NCBI GenBank assembly: GCA_023267595.1
Contig: JAHFNB010000002.1
Location: 23,947-87,946, forward strand
DNA: 64,000 bases
Direction: 5' to 3'
DNA from: a bacterium
Lineage (GTDB): Bacteria > Patescibacteriota > Minisyncoccia > Phycocordibacterales > UBA5272
The translations under genes and the position numbers were made by a program. The notes under the pieces were generated by a model. That model saw only the letters and a program-made list of their open reading frames with translations, searched no databases and was not told where the DNA came from. Within the stretch, counting starts at the first letter, position 1, and each line of letters begins with the position of its first letter. Below, one piece after another: positions 19,232 to 28,780 of this stretch.

Positions 19232-19874
19232 TTCTATGAAAAAAATAATCTTTACCACATCATTACAAAACCCGAGAGGATTTACTCTTGTAGAACTTTT
19301 GATTAGTATGGTTATTTTCACTTCAGTAATCACGATTGCAACAGGGGCTCTTTTTTCTGCACAGACAATAAATACACGTCTTGAACAAACACAGTTAATA
19401 TTAGATGGTGTAAACCTTGCTGTAGAAGTAATGGCTCGTGATATTCGTTATGGTTCAGAGTTTCATTGTGATACAGTTATTCCTGCATCATCAATTCCAA
19501 TGACACGTACTAGTTGTCCATATGCAAATGGAGGAACTGTGATTATTTTGAGACCTTCAGTTGTGCTCTCTGGATCTAATGATCAAGCATCAGATCGAAT
19601 AATGTACTATCTTTCAAACGGTATTGTCTATAAAGATGAGTATAAAGAGGGTGTTATTGGAAATAAAATAACCTATCAGGTAACACCAACAGATGTGAAT
19701 ATTACAACACTTGCTTTCTATGTTACAGGTTCTGAAAATACATCAGCAGGAAATATTGTGCAACCACTCGTAACACTTGTACTCTCAGGAGTTACTGTTC
19801 CCGGTAAGACAAAAGTTACTCCCGTACAATTTACGATACAAACTAGTGTATCTGCTCGTGCGCTTGATATTTAA
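19218..19874 (+). CDS. Minor pilin / pseudopilin
   Basis: Prepilin signal RGFTLVELLISMVIFTSVITIATG. Confidence 0.6.
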   Translation: MDVINSMKKIIFTTSLQNPRGFTLVELLISMVIFTSVITIATGALFSAQTINTRLEQTQLILDGVNLAVEVMARDIRYGSEFHCDTVIPASSIPMTRTSCPYANGGTVIILRPSVVLSGSNDQASDRIMYYLSNGIVYKDEYKEGVIGNKITYQVTPTDVNITTLAFYVTGSENTSAGNIVQPLVTLVLSGVTVPGKTKVTPVQFTIQTSVSARALDI

Positions 19875-19878
19875 AATT

Positions 19879-20556
19879 ATGAGACTTTCTTTCTTATCAC
19901 AATTACAAAATAGAGTACGAGGGTTTACTCTCATCGAAACACTCGTCTCTGTTTTTATTATTACAACAGTAATTTTAGGGCCTCTTACGGTTGCATCAAA
20001 TGCCTCAACATATGCACGGCAAACAAAAGATACTATGACGTCTGTTTATCTTGCTCAAGAAACACTCGAGTTACTTCATCATGTGCAAGATTCTATCTAT
20101 CTTGAATGCGGTTCACAGACAAGTTCTAATTGTCTTCCACAAAATGGAGAGACACCCAGTGAAGCAGCATGGAGAATATTTAGAGCACGATTAGGATATA
20201 ACTCGCAAGGGGTATCATGTTATGCCATTGATAATCCGTCAGGGTGTACGTACGATTTTATTGATATGACGACTGATGAAAGTGCTAATCCAAGTAAATA
20301 TAGTAGTAATGGAAATTCCTGTGCAACATTATCAATAAGTATAGATCATGTGTATGTATGTACTGGTGTCCACGGAACTGGTTTTACCCCTACGTCATTT
20401 TCTCGAACACTTACTCTTACATCACTTAAAACATTTTCTGGTGGTGATGAAGATTATAATGACGATTTACGCGCCACGGTCACTATTTCATTTAAGCGAC
20501 CAAATGGATATACACGAAGAATAAAAGTAGTTGATTTTTTCCACGCACGCGCATAA
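19879..20556 (+). CDS. Minor pilin / pseudopilin
   Basis: Prepilin signal RVRGFTLIETLVSVFIITTVILGPL. The internal ATG at 19879 is chosen over the long overlapping start at 19777. Confidence 0.55.
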   Translation: MRLSFLSQLQNRVRGFTLIETLVSVFIITTVILGPLTVASNASTYARQTKDTMTSVYLAQETLELLHHVQDSIYLECGSQTSSNCLPQNGETPSEAAWRIFRARLGYNSQGVSCYAIDNPSGCTYDFIDMTTDESANPSKYSSNGNSCATLSISIDHVYVCTGVHGTGFTPTSFSRTLTLTSLKTFSGGDEDYNDDLRATVTISFKRPNGYTRRIKVVDFFHARA

Positions 20557-20560
20557 TCAT

Positions 20561-21193
20561 ATGAAATTATTTATATTTTTACAACATAAATTACGTAAAC
20601 AAAAAGGTTTTATTCTTCCGCTTACACTCCTTGTGTGTACTATTATTTTAACTGTTGCGACAGGTATTTCCGTTATCTTGGCCAAAGAGTTGTATTTTTC
20701 TCGAGTATCTCGTGATAGTCAACTTGCGTACTATGCAGCAGATACTGCAATGATGTGTGCACTTATGGTTGATGGAAAATATATTGATCCAACAACAGGA
20801 TTGGGTATTTTTCCATACAGTGCAGTGTTAGATGCAACAACAGAAATGAATACTGTATTAGAAAAGGTAAATCTACAAAGACAATTACGTAATTTACCAA
20901 ATCTTGTACTTGATGATATTAAGTGTGCTACTGCTCCTATATTTGATACTGCTATTTCTTCATTTACAACATCAGCATTTTCTCGTACCAACTCAGGTGG
21001 TGAACAAGAAAATGGTAAAACATCAACGTATACCATGCGAATGGATTTGGGAGATGGTACTGCACGTTGTGCATCAATTCTTATTTCAAAGACAGGTAAA
21101 TATAGACAAATTATTGCACGAGGATTTGCTGGATGTGAAGGCGTTGCTCATAATATAGAGCGTGCAGTTATTAATACAACAGAGGTCAGATAA
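20561..21193 (+). CDS. Pilin-like protein (PilX-like?)
   Basis: N-terminus KGFILPLTLLVCTIILTVATG is a degenerate prepilin-like hydrophobic segment. The ATG at 20561 is preferred. Confidence 0.4.
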   Translation: MKLFIFLQHKLRKQKGFILPLTLLVCTIILTVATGISVILAKELYFSRVSRDSQLAYYAADTAMMCALMVDGKYIDPTTGLGIFPYSAVLDATTEMNTVLEKVNLQRQLRNLPNLVLDDIKCATAPIFDTAISSFTTSAFSRTNSGGEQENGKTSTYTMRMDLGDGTARCASILISKTGKYRQIIARGFAGCEGVAHNIERAVINTTEVR

Positions 21194-21204
21194 TCCTAAT
21201 TTAA

Positions 21205-23238
<2,034 letters not shown>

Positions 23239-23532
23239 TTGCCACATATGTCAATAACATTAGAGGAACTAGACAATATATCGACTCTTGCCCGTATCGA
23301 TATTACTTCTGTAGAAAAACCAAAAATGCTTGCCGATATGCAGGCGATTGTAGAGTATATTTCTGAAATTAACTCTGTTAAAGGATCGGTAGATACGATA
23401 ATAAACTCACATCATAATATTACCCGTGAAGATGTAGTTACTCATACTACTGGTGATACTACAGAAGTATTACTTAGTGAAGCACCAAGTATTGAAAACG
23501 GGTATGTGAAAGTAGAGCAAGTATTCAAATAG
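23239..23532 (+). CDS. gatC: Glu/Asp-tRNA amidotransferase subunit C
   Basis: 97 aa immediately upstream of and translationally coupled to gatA, with a GatC-like N-terminus. Confidence 0.7.
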   Translation: MPHMSITLEELDNISTLARIDITSVEKPKMLADMQAIVEYISEINSVKGSVDTIINSHHNITREDVVTHTTGDTTEVLLSEAPSIENGYVKVEQVFK

Positions 23533-24978
23533 GTGACAGATAACGAAGTGAGAGAAAATACCAAGATGCAAAAAACACTGAAACAATTACATGAAGAATT
23601 AAAATCAGGAACTCTTACAGTAGATGATTTGGTTTCATCGTATAAAAAAGTAATTAATGAAAAAGATGGAGAAATACATGCATTACTAGGTATGTATTCT
23701 GATTCATTAGTAGCATCACAAATTACAAAGGCAAAAGAAATGTTTGCAAATGGTACTGCGACTGTATTAACTGGTATACCTATTGTTTTAAAAGATAATA
23801 TTTTGGTGAAAGGTGAGTATGCAACTGGTGCTTCAAAGATTTTGGAAAACTATGTAGCAACATATGATGCAACTGTGGTAACACGATTAAAAGAAGCAGG
23901 TGCAATACTACTTGCACGTGCAAATATGGATGAATTTGCGATGGGTGGTTCAACGGAAAACTCTGCATTTGGTGTTACCAAAAATCCTTATGATCTCACA
24001 AAAGTATCTGGTGGATCATCCGGTGGGTCTGCTGCAGTTGTCGCGTATGGTGGAGTTCCTGTTTCTCTTGGATCAGACACTGGAGGGTCTATTCGTCAAC
24101 CTGCATCTTTTTGTGGTGTTGTAGGATTAAAGACTACGTACGGTGATGTATCACGCTATGGTCTTATGGCAATGGGAAGTTCTCTTGATCAGATTGGACC
24201 ATTTGGAAAAAGTGTAGAAGATGTAGAGGAAGTATACAAAATTATTAGTGGTTATGATGTACACGATAGTACTTCACTTAAAGACGGAGAGCGAGGAATC
24301 AAGAACGAAGAACAAATAAAAAAAGTTATTGGTGTACCACGAGATTTTATTAATCGTGACGGTATCGATAAAGAGGTAATTACAAACTTTAATGAATCTC
24401 TTGAAAAATTAAAAAAATCTGGATATCTTATAAAAGATATTACAATTCCAAATCTTGAGAAAGCATTGTCAGTGTATTACATTATTATGCCAGCAGAAGT
24501 TTCCAGTAACTTAGCACGATACGATGGTATCAGGTACGGGTTGTCTCGTGGTGGAGAAACGAGTATTCGTAGTTACTTTGAATCTCGGACTGCAGGATTT
24601 GGTGAAGAAGTTCGTCGTCGTATTTTATTAGGTACATATGTGCTTTCTTCTGGATATTATGATGCATATTATAATAAAGCAAATATTGTGCGTGCAATGC
24701 TTACCGAAGAATTTGTAAAAATATTTAAAGATGTAGATGTAATTGCAACACCAACTTCTCCAGTTCCTGCATTTGGAATTGGAGAAAAAACAAAAGATCC
24801 ACTTGCAATGTATTTGGCAGATATTTTTACAGTACCTGCAAACATTGTTGGAGTTCCTGCAATTTCAATTCCGAGTGGAAAAACAGAAAAAGGTCTTCCT
24901 TTTGGCATGCAGTTTACAGCAGCACATACTCGTGAGGATGTACTATTCACTATCGGTAAAGATTTTGAAAAGTTATAA
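23533..24978 (+). CDS. gatA: Glu/Asp-tRNA amidotransferase subunit A (amidase)
   Basis: Amidase signature GGSSGGSAAVVA and Ser-cisSer-Lys region. GTG start at 23533, with an alternative ATG at 23566. Confidence 0.9.
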   Translation: MTDNEVRENTKMQKTLKQLHEELKSGTLTVDDLVSSYKKVINEKDGEIHALLGMYSDSLVASQITKAKEMFANGTATVLTGIPIVLKDNILVKGEYATGASKILENYVATYDATVVTRLKEAGAILLARANMDEFAMGGSTENSAFGVTKNPYDLTKVSGGSSGGSAAVVAYGGVPVSLGSDTGGSIRQPASFCGVVGLKTTYGDVSRYGLMAMGSSLDQIGPFGKSVEDVEEVYKIISGYDVHDSTSLKDGERGIKNEEQIKKVIGVPRDFINRDGIDKEVITNFNESLEKLKKSGYLIKDITIPNLEKALSVYYIIMPAEVSSNLARYDGIRYGLSRGGETSIRSYFESRTAGFGEEVRRRILLGTYVLSSGYYDAYYNKANIVRAMLTEEFVKIFKDVDVIATPTSPVPAFGIGEKTKDPLAMYLADIFTVPANIVGVPAISIPSGKTEKGLPFGMQFTAAHTREDVLFTIGKDFEKL

Positions 24979-24996
24979 TATACGTAGGTTATTCCA

Positions 24997-26373
24997 ATGT
25001 ATTCATTCTCCATAGATTATCTTTTTAATAGAGTGTACGACGTATTGCTTTGGATAAAGTATGTTTGGCTTTTTGGTATTTTACGTATTGATCCACAGGC
25101 ATATTTGGATGCACATATAGATAGAACATGGGATGGACTTCGTGATAGAGGATGGTTTGATAGTTATTTAGCCCACAAGAGTGATACGATGTTACCTGCA
25201 GATGTGCATGTATCTTTATGGCAAAGAGTTCTTGAAAAGTTTGGATATAAACTTCCTGATTCTGATAATGACGGTATTCCAGATGTTACAGATCCTAGTC
25301 CGTATGATTCTCATAATTTATCACAAGCAGCATTAAAAGAGCGTTATCAAGAAGATTACACGTTATGGGATAACATTAGAGATATTTTTGGTATTGGTCC
25401 AAAAGAAACTGATGGTGATGGAGTTCCAAATAGTTATGAATCTTCTCATGGTATGGATCCAAATAACCCTGATTCTGATAGAGATGGATTATTAGATGGT
25501 GAAGAATTACGTATAGGTACTGACCCACTTAATAATGATACAGATCATGATCTCGTACTAGATGGTCGCGATGAAGCACCACTTGATTCTTCTGTATCAT
25601 CAATTGGTCCTGATTCTGATGGTGATGGAGTGAGTGATAAAATCGAGAAATCACTTGGGACTGATATCTATAAAAAAGACTCTGATAGCGATGGTATTCC
25701 AGATTCTATGGATACGTACCCACTTGATGCAAATAATCTCAGTCAGGCACCTTCTTTTGATATTACAAAACATGTTGATGGGTTACATCTTTCCATACAA
25801 AATCCTATTCTTGCTCTTGTTGCAGATTTTTTGTCTATACTCACCATTCTCATTCTTCTTGTTCTTGTTTATGCTTCTGTGCGGTGGTTTATACAATTTG
25901 TAGGTTCACTTAATCATTATGAACATCATTTTATCGATACTCATAAACATAAAGGCGGTAGTTTTCATACTATCAAAGATGAAAGTATGCCTGCAGGTAT
26001 TCCGAATCTTCCTGTTGCAGAAGTTGGTGCTCCAATTGCACCCCCACAAGTAGAAGAATTTAAAAATCATCCACGTTTTGCAATTATTGAAGGATATTTG
26101 AGTAGTACAAGTGAAGCATTATGGAGGATAGGAATATTAGAAGCAGATAATTTACTCCATGATGTATTAGTAGAAAAAGGATATACAGGAACTGATATGT
26201 CAGAACTTCTTAAACAGGCACACTTCAAAACAATTGATCTTGCATGGGACGCACATAAAATACGAAATAGAATTGCACATGAGGGTTCAGCATTTGTACT
26301 TACAGAACGTGAAGCAAGACGTGCATTTACGTTGTATGAATCTGTGTTTAAAGAATTGAAAGTGATTAAGTAG
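24997..26373 (+). CDS. Membrane protein with thrombospondin type-3-like Ca-binding repeats and a C-terminal HEPN/DUF4145-like domain
   Basis: Repeated DxDxDGxxD motifs (DSDNDGIPDVTD, DGDGVPNSYE, DSDRDGLLDGEE, DSDGDGVSDK, DSDSDGIPDSMD), a TM segment ILALVADFLSILTILILLVLVYA, then a C-terminal region with AHKIRNRIAHEG (Rx4H-type HEPN-like motif). Confidence 0.5.
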   Translation: MYSFSIDYLFNRVYDVLLWIKYVWLFGILRIDPQAYLDAHIDRTWDGLRDRGWFDSYLAHKSDTMLPADVHVSLWQRVLEKFGYKLPDSDNDGIPDVTDPSPYDSHNLSQAALKERYQEDYTLWDNIRDIFGIGPKETDGDGVPNSYESSHGMDPNNPDSDRDGLLDGEELRIGTDPLNNDTDHDLVLDGRDEAPLDSSVSSIGPDSDGDGVSDKIEKSLGTDIYKKDSDSDGIPDSMDTYPLDANNLSQAPSFDITKHVDGLHLSIQNPILALVADFLSILTILILLVLVYASVRWFIQFVGSLNHYEHHFIDTHKHKGGSFHTIKDESMPAGIPNLPVAEVGAPIAPPQVEEFKNHPRFAIIEGYLSSTSEALWRIGILEADNLLHDVLVEKGYTGTDMSELLKQAHFKTIDLAWDAHKIRNRIAHEGSAFVLTEREARRAFTLYESVFKELKVIK

Positions 26374-26430
26374 TACTTGTTTATAGCCGTTAATTGTGGT
26401 ATTATATTTGAACTTCATTGAAGTTTATAT

Positions 26431-26501
26431 AGCGGAGTGGAGTAGAGGTAACTCACGAGGCTCATAACCTCGGGACACCAGTTCGATTCTGGTCTCCGCA
26501 A
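26431..26501 (+). tRNA. tRNA-Met (anticodon CAT), possibly initiator
   Basis: Anticodon arm CGAGG-CTCATAA-CCTCG, T-arm ACCAG-TTCGATT-CTGGT, acceptor AGCGGAG/CTCCGCA with unpaired 1:72 (A/A). CAT could also be tRNA-Ile2 (lysidine). Confidence 0.7.
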
Positions 26502-26527
26502 CAAGTAGTGCTACGTGACAAACACCA

Positions 26528-26568
26528 GGGAAGAAGCGCCCGCCACGTAGTGGCGGGCGCTTCTTCCC
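26528..26568. repeat. Perfect 19-bp GC-rich hairpin (GGGAAGAAGCGCCCGCCAC-gtag-GTGGCGGGCGCTTCTTCCC)
   Basis: Seen directly between the two tRNA-Met genes. The GC content is very atypical for this AT-rich window. Confidence 0.5.
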
Positions 26569-26627
26569 ATTAACATAAGTACTATCTTTTATCGGGCTTA
26601 TGGGTTACAGTTATTAAATAAAAATAT

Positions 26628-26701
26628 GTCAGTGTAGCTCAGTTGGTTAGAGCGAAGGACTCATAAGCCTTAGGTCGGAGGTTCGATCCCTCCCACTGAC
26701 A
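26628..26701 (+). tRNA. tRNA-Met (anticodon CAT), elongator-type or Ile2
   Basis: Acceptor GTCAGTG/CACTGAC perfectly paired, anticodon loop CTCATAA, variable AGGTC, T-arm GGAGG-TTCGATC-CCTCC. Confidence 0.75.
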
Positions 26702-26757
26702 CCCGTTTATACGGATTCTAGTTTTTTGCTAGAATGTGCAAGTAAGATTACAATCAT

Positions 26758-26831
26758 GCAGTCGTAGCTCAGCTGGTTAGAGCACCGCCCTGTCACGGCG
26801 GGGGTCGTGGGTTCAAATCCCATCGACTGCG
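26758..26831 (+). tRNA. tRNA-Asp (anticodon GTC)
   Basis: Acceptor GCAGTCG/CGACTGC, anticodon arm CCGCC-CTGTCAC-GGCGG, T-arm GTGGG-TTCAAAT-CCCAT. Confidence 0.85.
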
Positions 26832-26839
26832 CAAAAAGT

Positions 26840-26857
26840 AACTGACCTATATCAGTT
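26840..26857 (+). repeat. Small hairpin (AACTGA-cctata-TCAGTT) preceding structured element copy A
   Basis: Same relative position as the hairpins that precede copies B and C. Confidence 0.4.
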
Positions 26858-26862
26858 GCGTT

Positions 26863-26951
26863 GGGATTTGAATAGGGGTTGCGAAATTACTTCGAGCCTG
26901 CCTCGCCGTTAGGCGGGCAACGCGAGGCAGGTTTGCGACCAAATCCTATCA
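26863..26951 (+). repeat. Structured GC-rich element, copy A (GGGATTTGAATAGGGGTTGCGAAATTACTTCGAGCCTGCCTCGCC...GCGAGGCAGGTTTGCGACCAAATCCTATCA)
   Basis: Nested inverted repeats GGATTTG/CAAATCC and CCTGCCTCGC/GCGAGGCAGG. Roughly 75% identical to the minus-strand element at 56687-56789, with compensatory changes. The 3' end mimics the tRNA-Asp 3' end (about 15 of 18 nt). Confidence 0.5.
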
Positions 26952-27002
26952 CTAGTAGTATTTGCATATTTTTCTCGACCATGTTAGATTTCACAATATT
27001 AT

Positions 27003-27275
27003 ATGCAAATGTCAATTAACCTCTTCCACATAGTTGTCTTAATTTTTCGTACTTTTTGGATGGTACTCATCTCTCTTTTTATCTGGGTGAAAGGGTTTCC
27101 TCTTGTTCAACAACTTTTTTCAATAGTATTGCATATTATCGTTATCGGTTCTTTTATAGTAAGTATCTTTACGCAAAATCTCACTATGTTTGTGATATCA
27201 GGAGCCTTTCTTTTTCCATTTCCATATTCTATTGTATTACTTGCTATAGGATGTAGTTTCTTGCTTGCTATCTAA
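27003..27275 (+). CDS. Small hydrophobic membrane protein (hypothetical)
   Basis: 90 aa with three predicted TM segments; no homology recognised. Confidence 0.35.
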   Translation: MQMSINLFHIVVLIFRTFWMVLISLFIWVKGFPLVQQLFSIVLHIIVIGSFIVSIFTQNLTMFVISGAFLFPFPYSIVLLAIGCSFLLAI

Positions 27276-27318
27276 GTGTAAAGTTTTATTGTAAAGGTTT
27301 TTCTGTTAGAATCGTTGT

Positions 27319-28212
27319 ATGAAATATCAAGTGCTTATTTTTTATAAATACATAACAATAGAAAATCCTCTAGAATTACAAAAGAAGTATTTAGAACTTT
27401 GTACACGTTTTAAGTTGAAAGGTCGTACGATTATTGCACAAGAAGGAATCAATTCTACATTAGAAGGAACTGTAGAAGATACAGAAAATTTTTTGAAAGA
27501 ATTTTTACAAGATTCACGATTTTCAGATATTTTTGTAAAGAGAAGTGAGGGGACAGGAAATTCATTTCCAAAACTTTCTGTAAAAGTACGTCCAGAAATT
27601 GTGGCAACTCGTTTTCCACCTGAGATTGATCCTCGTATACAAACTGCTCCTTATCTTTCACCAGAGGAATTACATACATGGTATGAAAAGAATGAAAATT
27701 TTGTTGTTGTGGATATGCGTAATTCATATGAATTTTCGTCAGGACATTTTAAGAACTCTCTTGATACAAAGATGGACGCATCTCGTGAACTTCCAGAAAA
27801 GATAGATACCATTAAAGATAAAACACAAGGGAAAAAGATTCTCACAGTATGTACTGCGGGTGTACGATGTGAAAAAATGTCTGCATATTTACTGCACGCA
27901 GGATTTAAAGATGTCTATCAATTAGACGGAGGAATGCATAGTTATATAGAGAAATATCCTGACGGACATTTTGAGGGAACACTTTTTACTTTTGATAATC
28001 GTCTCGTGATGGATTTTGGTGGTAATAGGAAAATAATTGGTAGATGTAAACGTTGTGATGACAAAACAGAGCAATATCAAAACTGTGCAAATGCAGAATG
28101 TAATATGCTCTTCTTAATTTGTAATGACTGTATGTCATCTGAAGGTCCAGGATTCTGCAGTGAAAAATGTGAAAAATCCCCCGCACGAGTAGTACAAAGA
28201 GTGAGAGGGTAA
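27319..28212 (+). CDS. trhO: tRNA uridine(34) hydroxylase TrhO (rhodanese-domain UPF0176/YceA family)
   Basis: N-terminus MKYQVLIFYKY..., rhodanese active-site loop CTAGVRCEK, C-terminal Cys cluster. Confidence 0.8.
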   Translation: MKYQVLIFYKYITIENPLELQKKYLELCTRFKLKGRTIIAQEGINSTLEGTVEDTENFLKEFLQDSRFSDIFVKRSEGTGNSFPKLSVKVRPEIVATRFPPEIDPRIQTAPYLSPEELHTWYEKNENFVVVDMRNSYEFSSGHFKNSLDTKMDASRELPEKIDTIKDKTQGKKILTVCTAGVRCEKMSAYLLHAGFKDVYQLDGGMHSYIEKYPDGHFEGTLFTFDNRLVMDFGGNRKIIGRCKRCDDKTEQYQNCANAECNMLFLICNDCMSSEGPGFCSEKCEKSPARVVQRVRG

Positions 28213-28232
28213 ACTATGCTAGTATAGTATGT

Positions 28233-28544
28233 ATGAATATACAAGAACTCATCTCCTACATTGCAAAGCGGTATCAATTTACTCCAGAGAAATACCCAGA
28301 AATAAAAGATATGACAGAAGAAGAGAAATTATCTTTTGCTATCAGGCATTTATCTATTCATTTTTCAAAAACAGCAGGTAAAGTTGCAACAGTGAGTGAG
28401 GCACGTGATCATGGTGGAGAAATTGATTTTGAGAGTCTTAAGGTTGATGTTGCAAAGTCTCTTCTTAATACATTACGACTTGCAGAACTAGTAAAGGTTT
28501 CAAGTGATGAATTAGAGTCAATGATAAAAGCATACGTTAAGTAA
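28233..28544 (+). CDS. Hypothetical protein
   Basis: 103-aa ORF with coding-like composition; no domain recognised. Confidence 0.35.
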   Translation: MNIQELISYIAKRYQFTPEKYPEIKDMTEEEKLSFAIRHLSIHFSKTAGKVATVSEARDHGGEIDFESLKVDVAKSLLNTLRLAELVKVSSDELESMIKAYVK

Positions 28545-28608
28545 TAAGATTCCCCAGTCTTTGTATTTTTAAAATAAAAGTACCAAGAAATAATAAGTAA
28601 TCTTCTAT

Positions 28609-28637
28609 TTGACAAAAAGGTTATAGTTTGCTATAAT
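28609..28637 (+). promoter_or_regulatory. Consensus sigma70 promoter (TTGACA-17 nt-tgcTATAAT) with a ~140-nt leader before the DEAD-box helicase
   Basis: tTTGACAaaaaggttatagtttgcTATAATggg. Long 5' UTRs are typical of cold-shock DEAD-box helicase genes. Confidence 0.45.
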
Positions 28638-28780
28638 GGGTATATTATTTCCTTTATGGATATCCTCCGTGTAGTCAGTTTTATTTGACGCGTTGTGGCT
28701 AACCATACATCTATCTCCTCGATAGACATAACTTCATCGAAGAAGTTGAGCGCAAATAATTAACTTAATTACAACAAAAT

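Noticed and set aside
26895-26925. GTTAGGC / GGGCAAC boxes inside element A resembling integron attC core sites
   Set aside because: The boxes are not conserved in copies B and C, no intI integrase or attI is present, and the elements sit at tRNA 3' ends instead of in a cassette array
26863-26951. Element A as SRP (4.5S) RNA, 6S RNA or another housekeeping ncRNA
   Set aside because: No SRP domain IV consensus is visible. Three divergent copies exist, each tied to a different tRNA 3' end, which does not fit a single-copy housekeeping RNA
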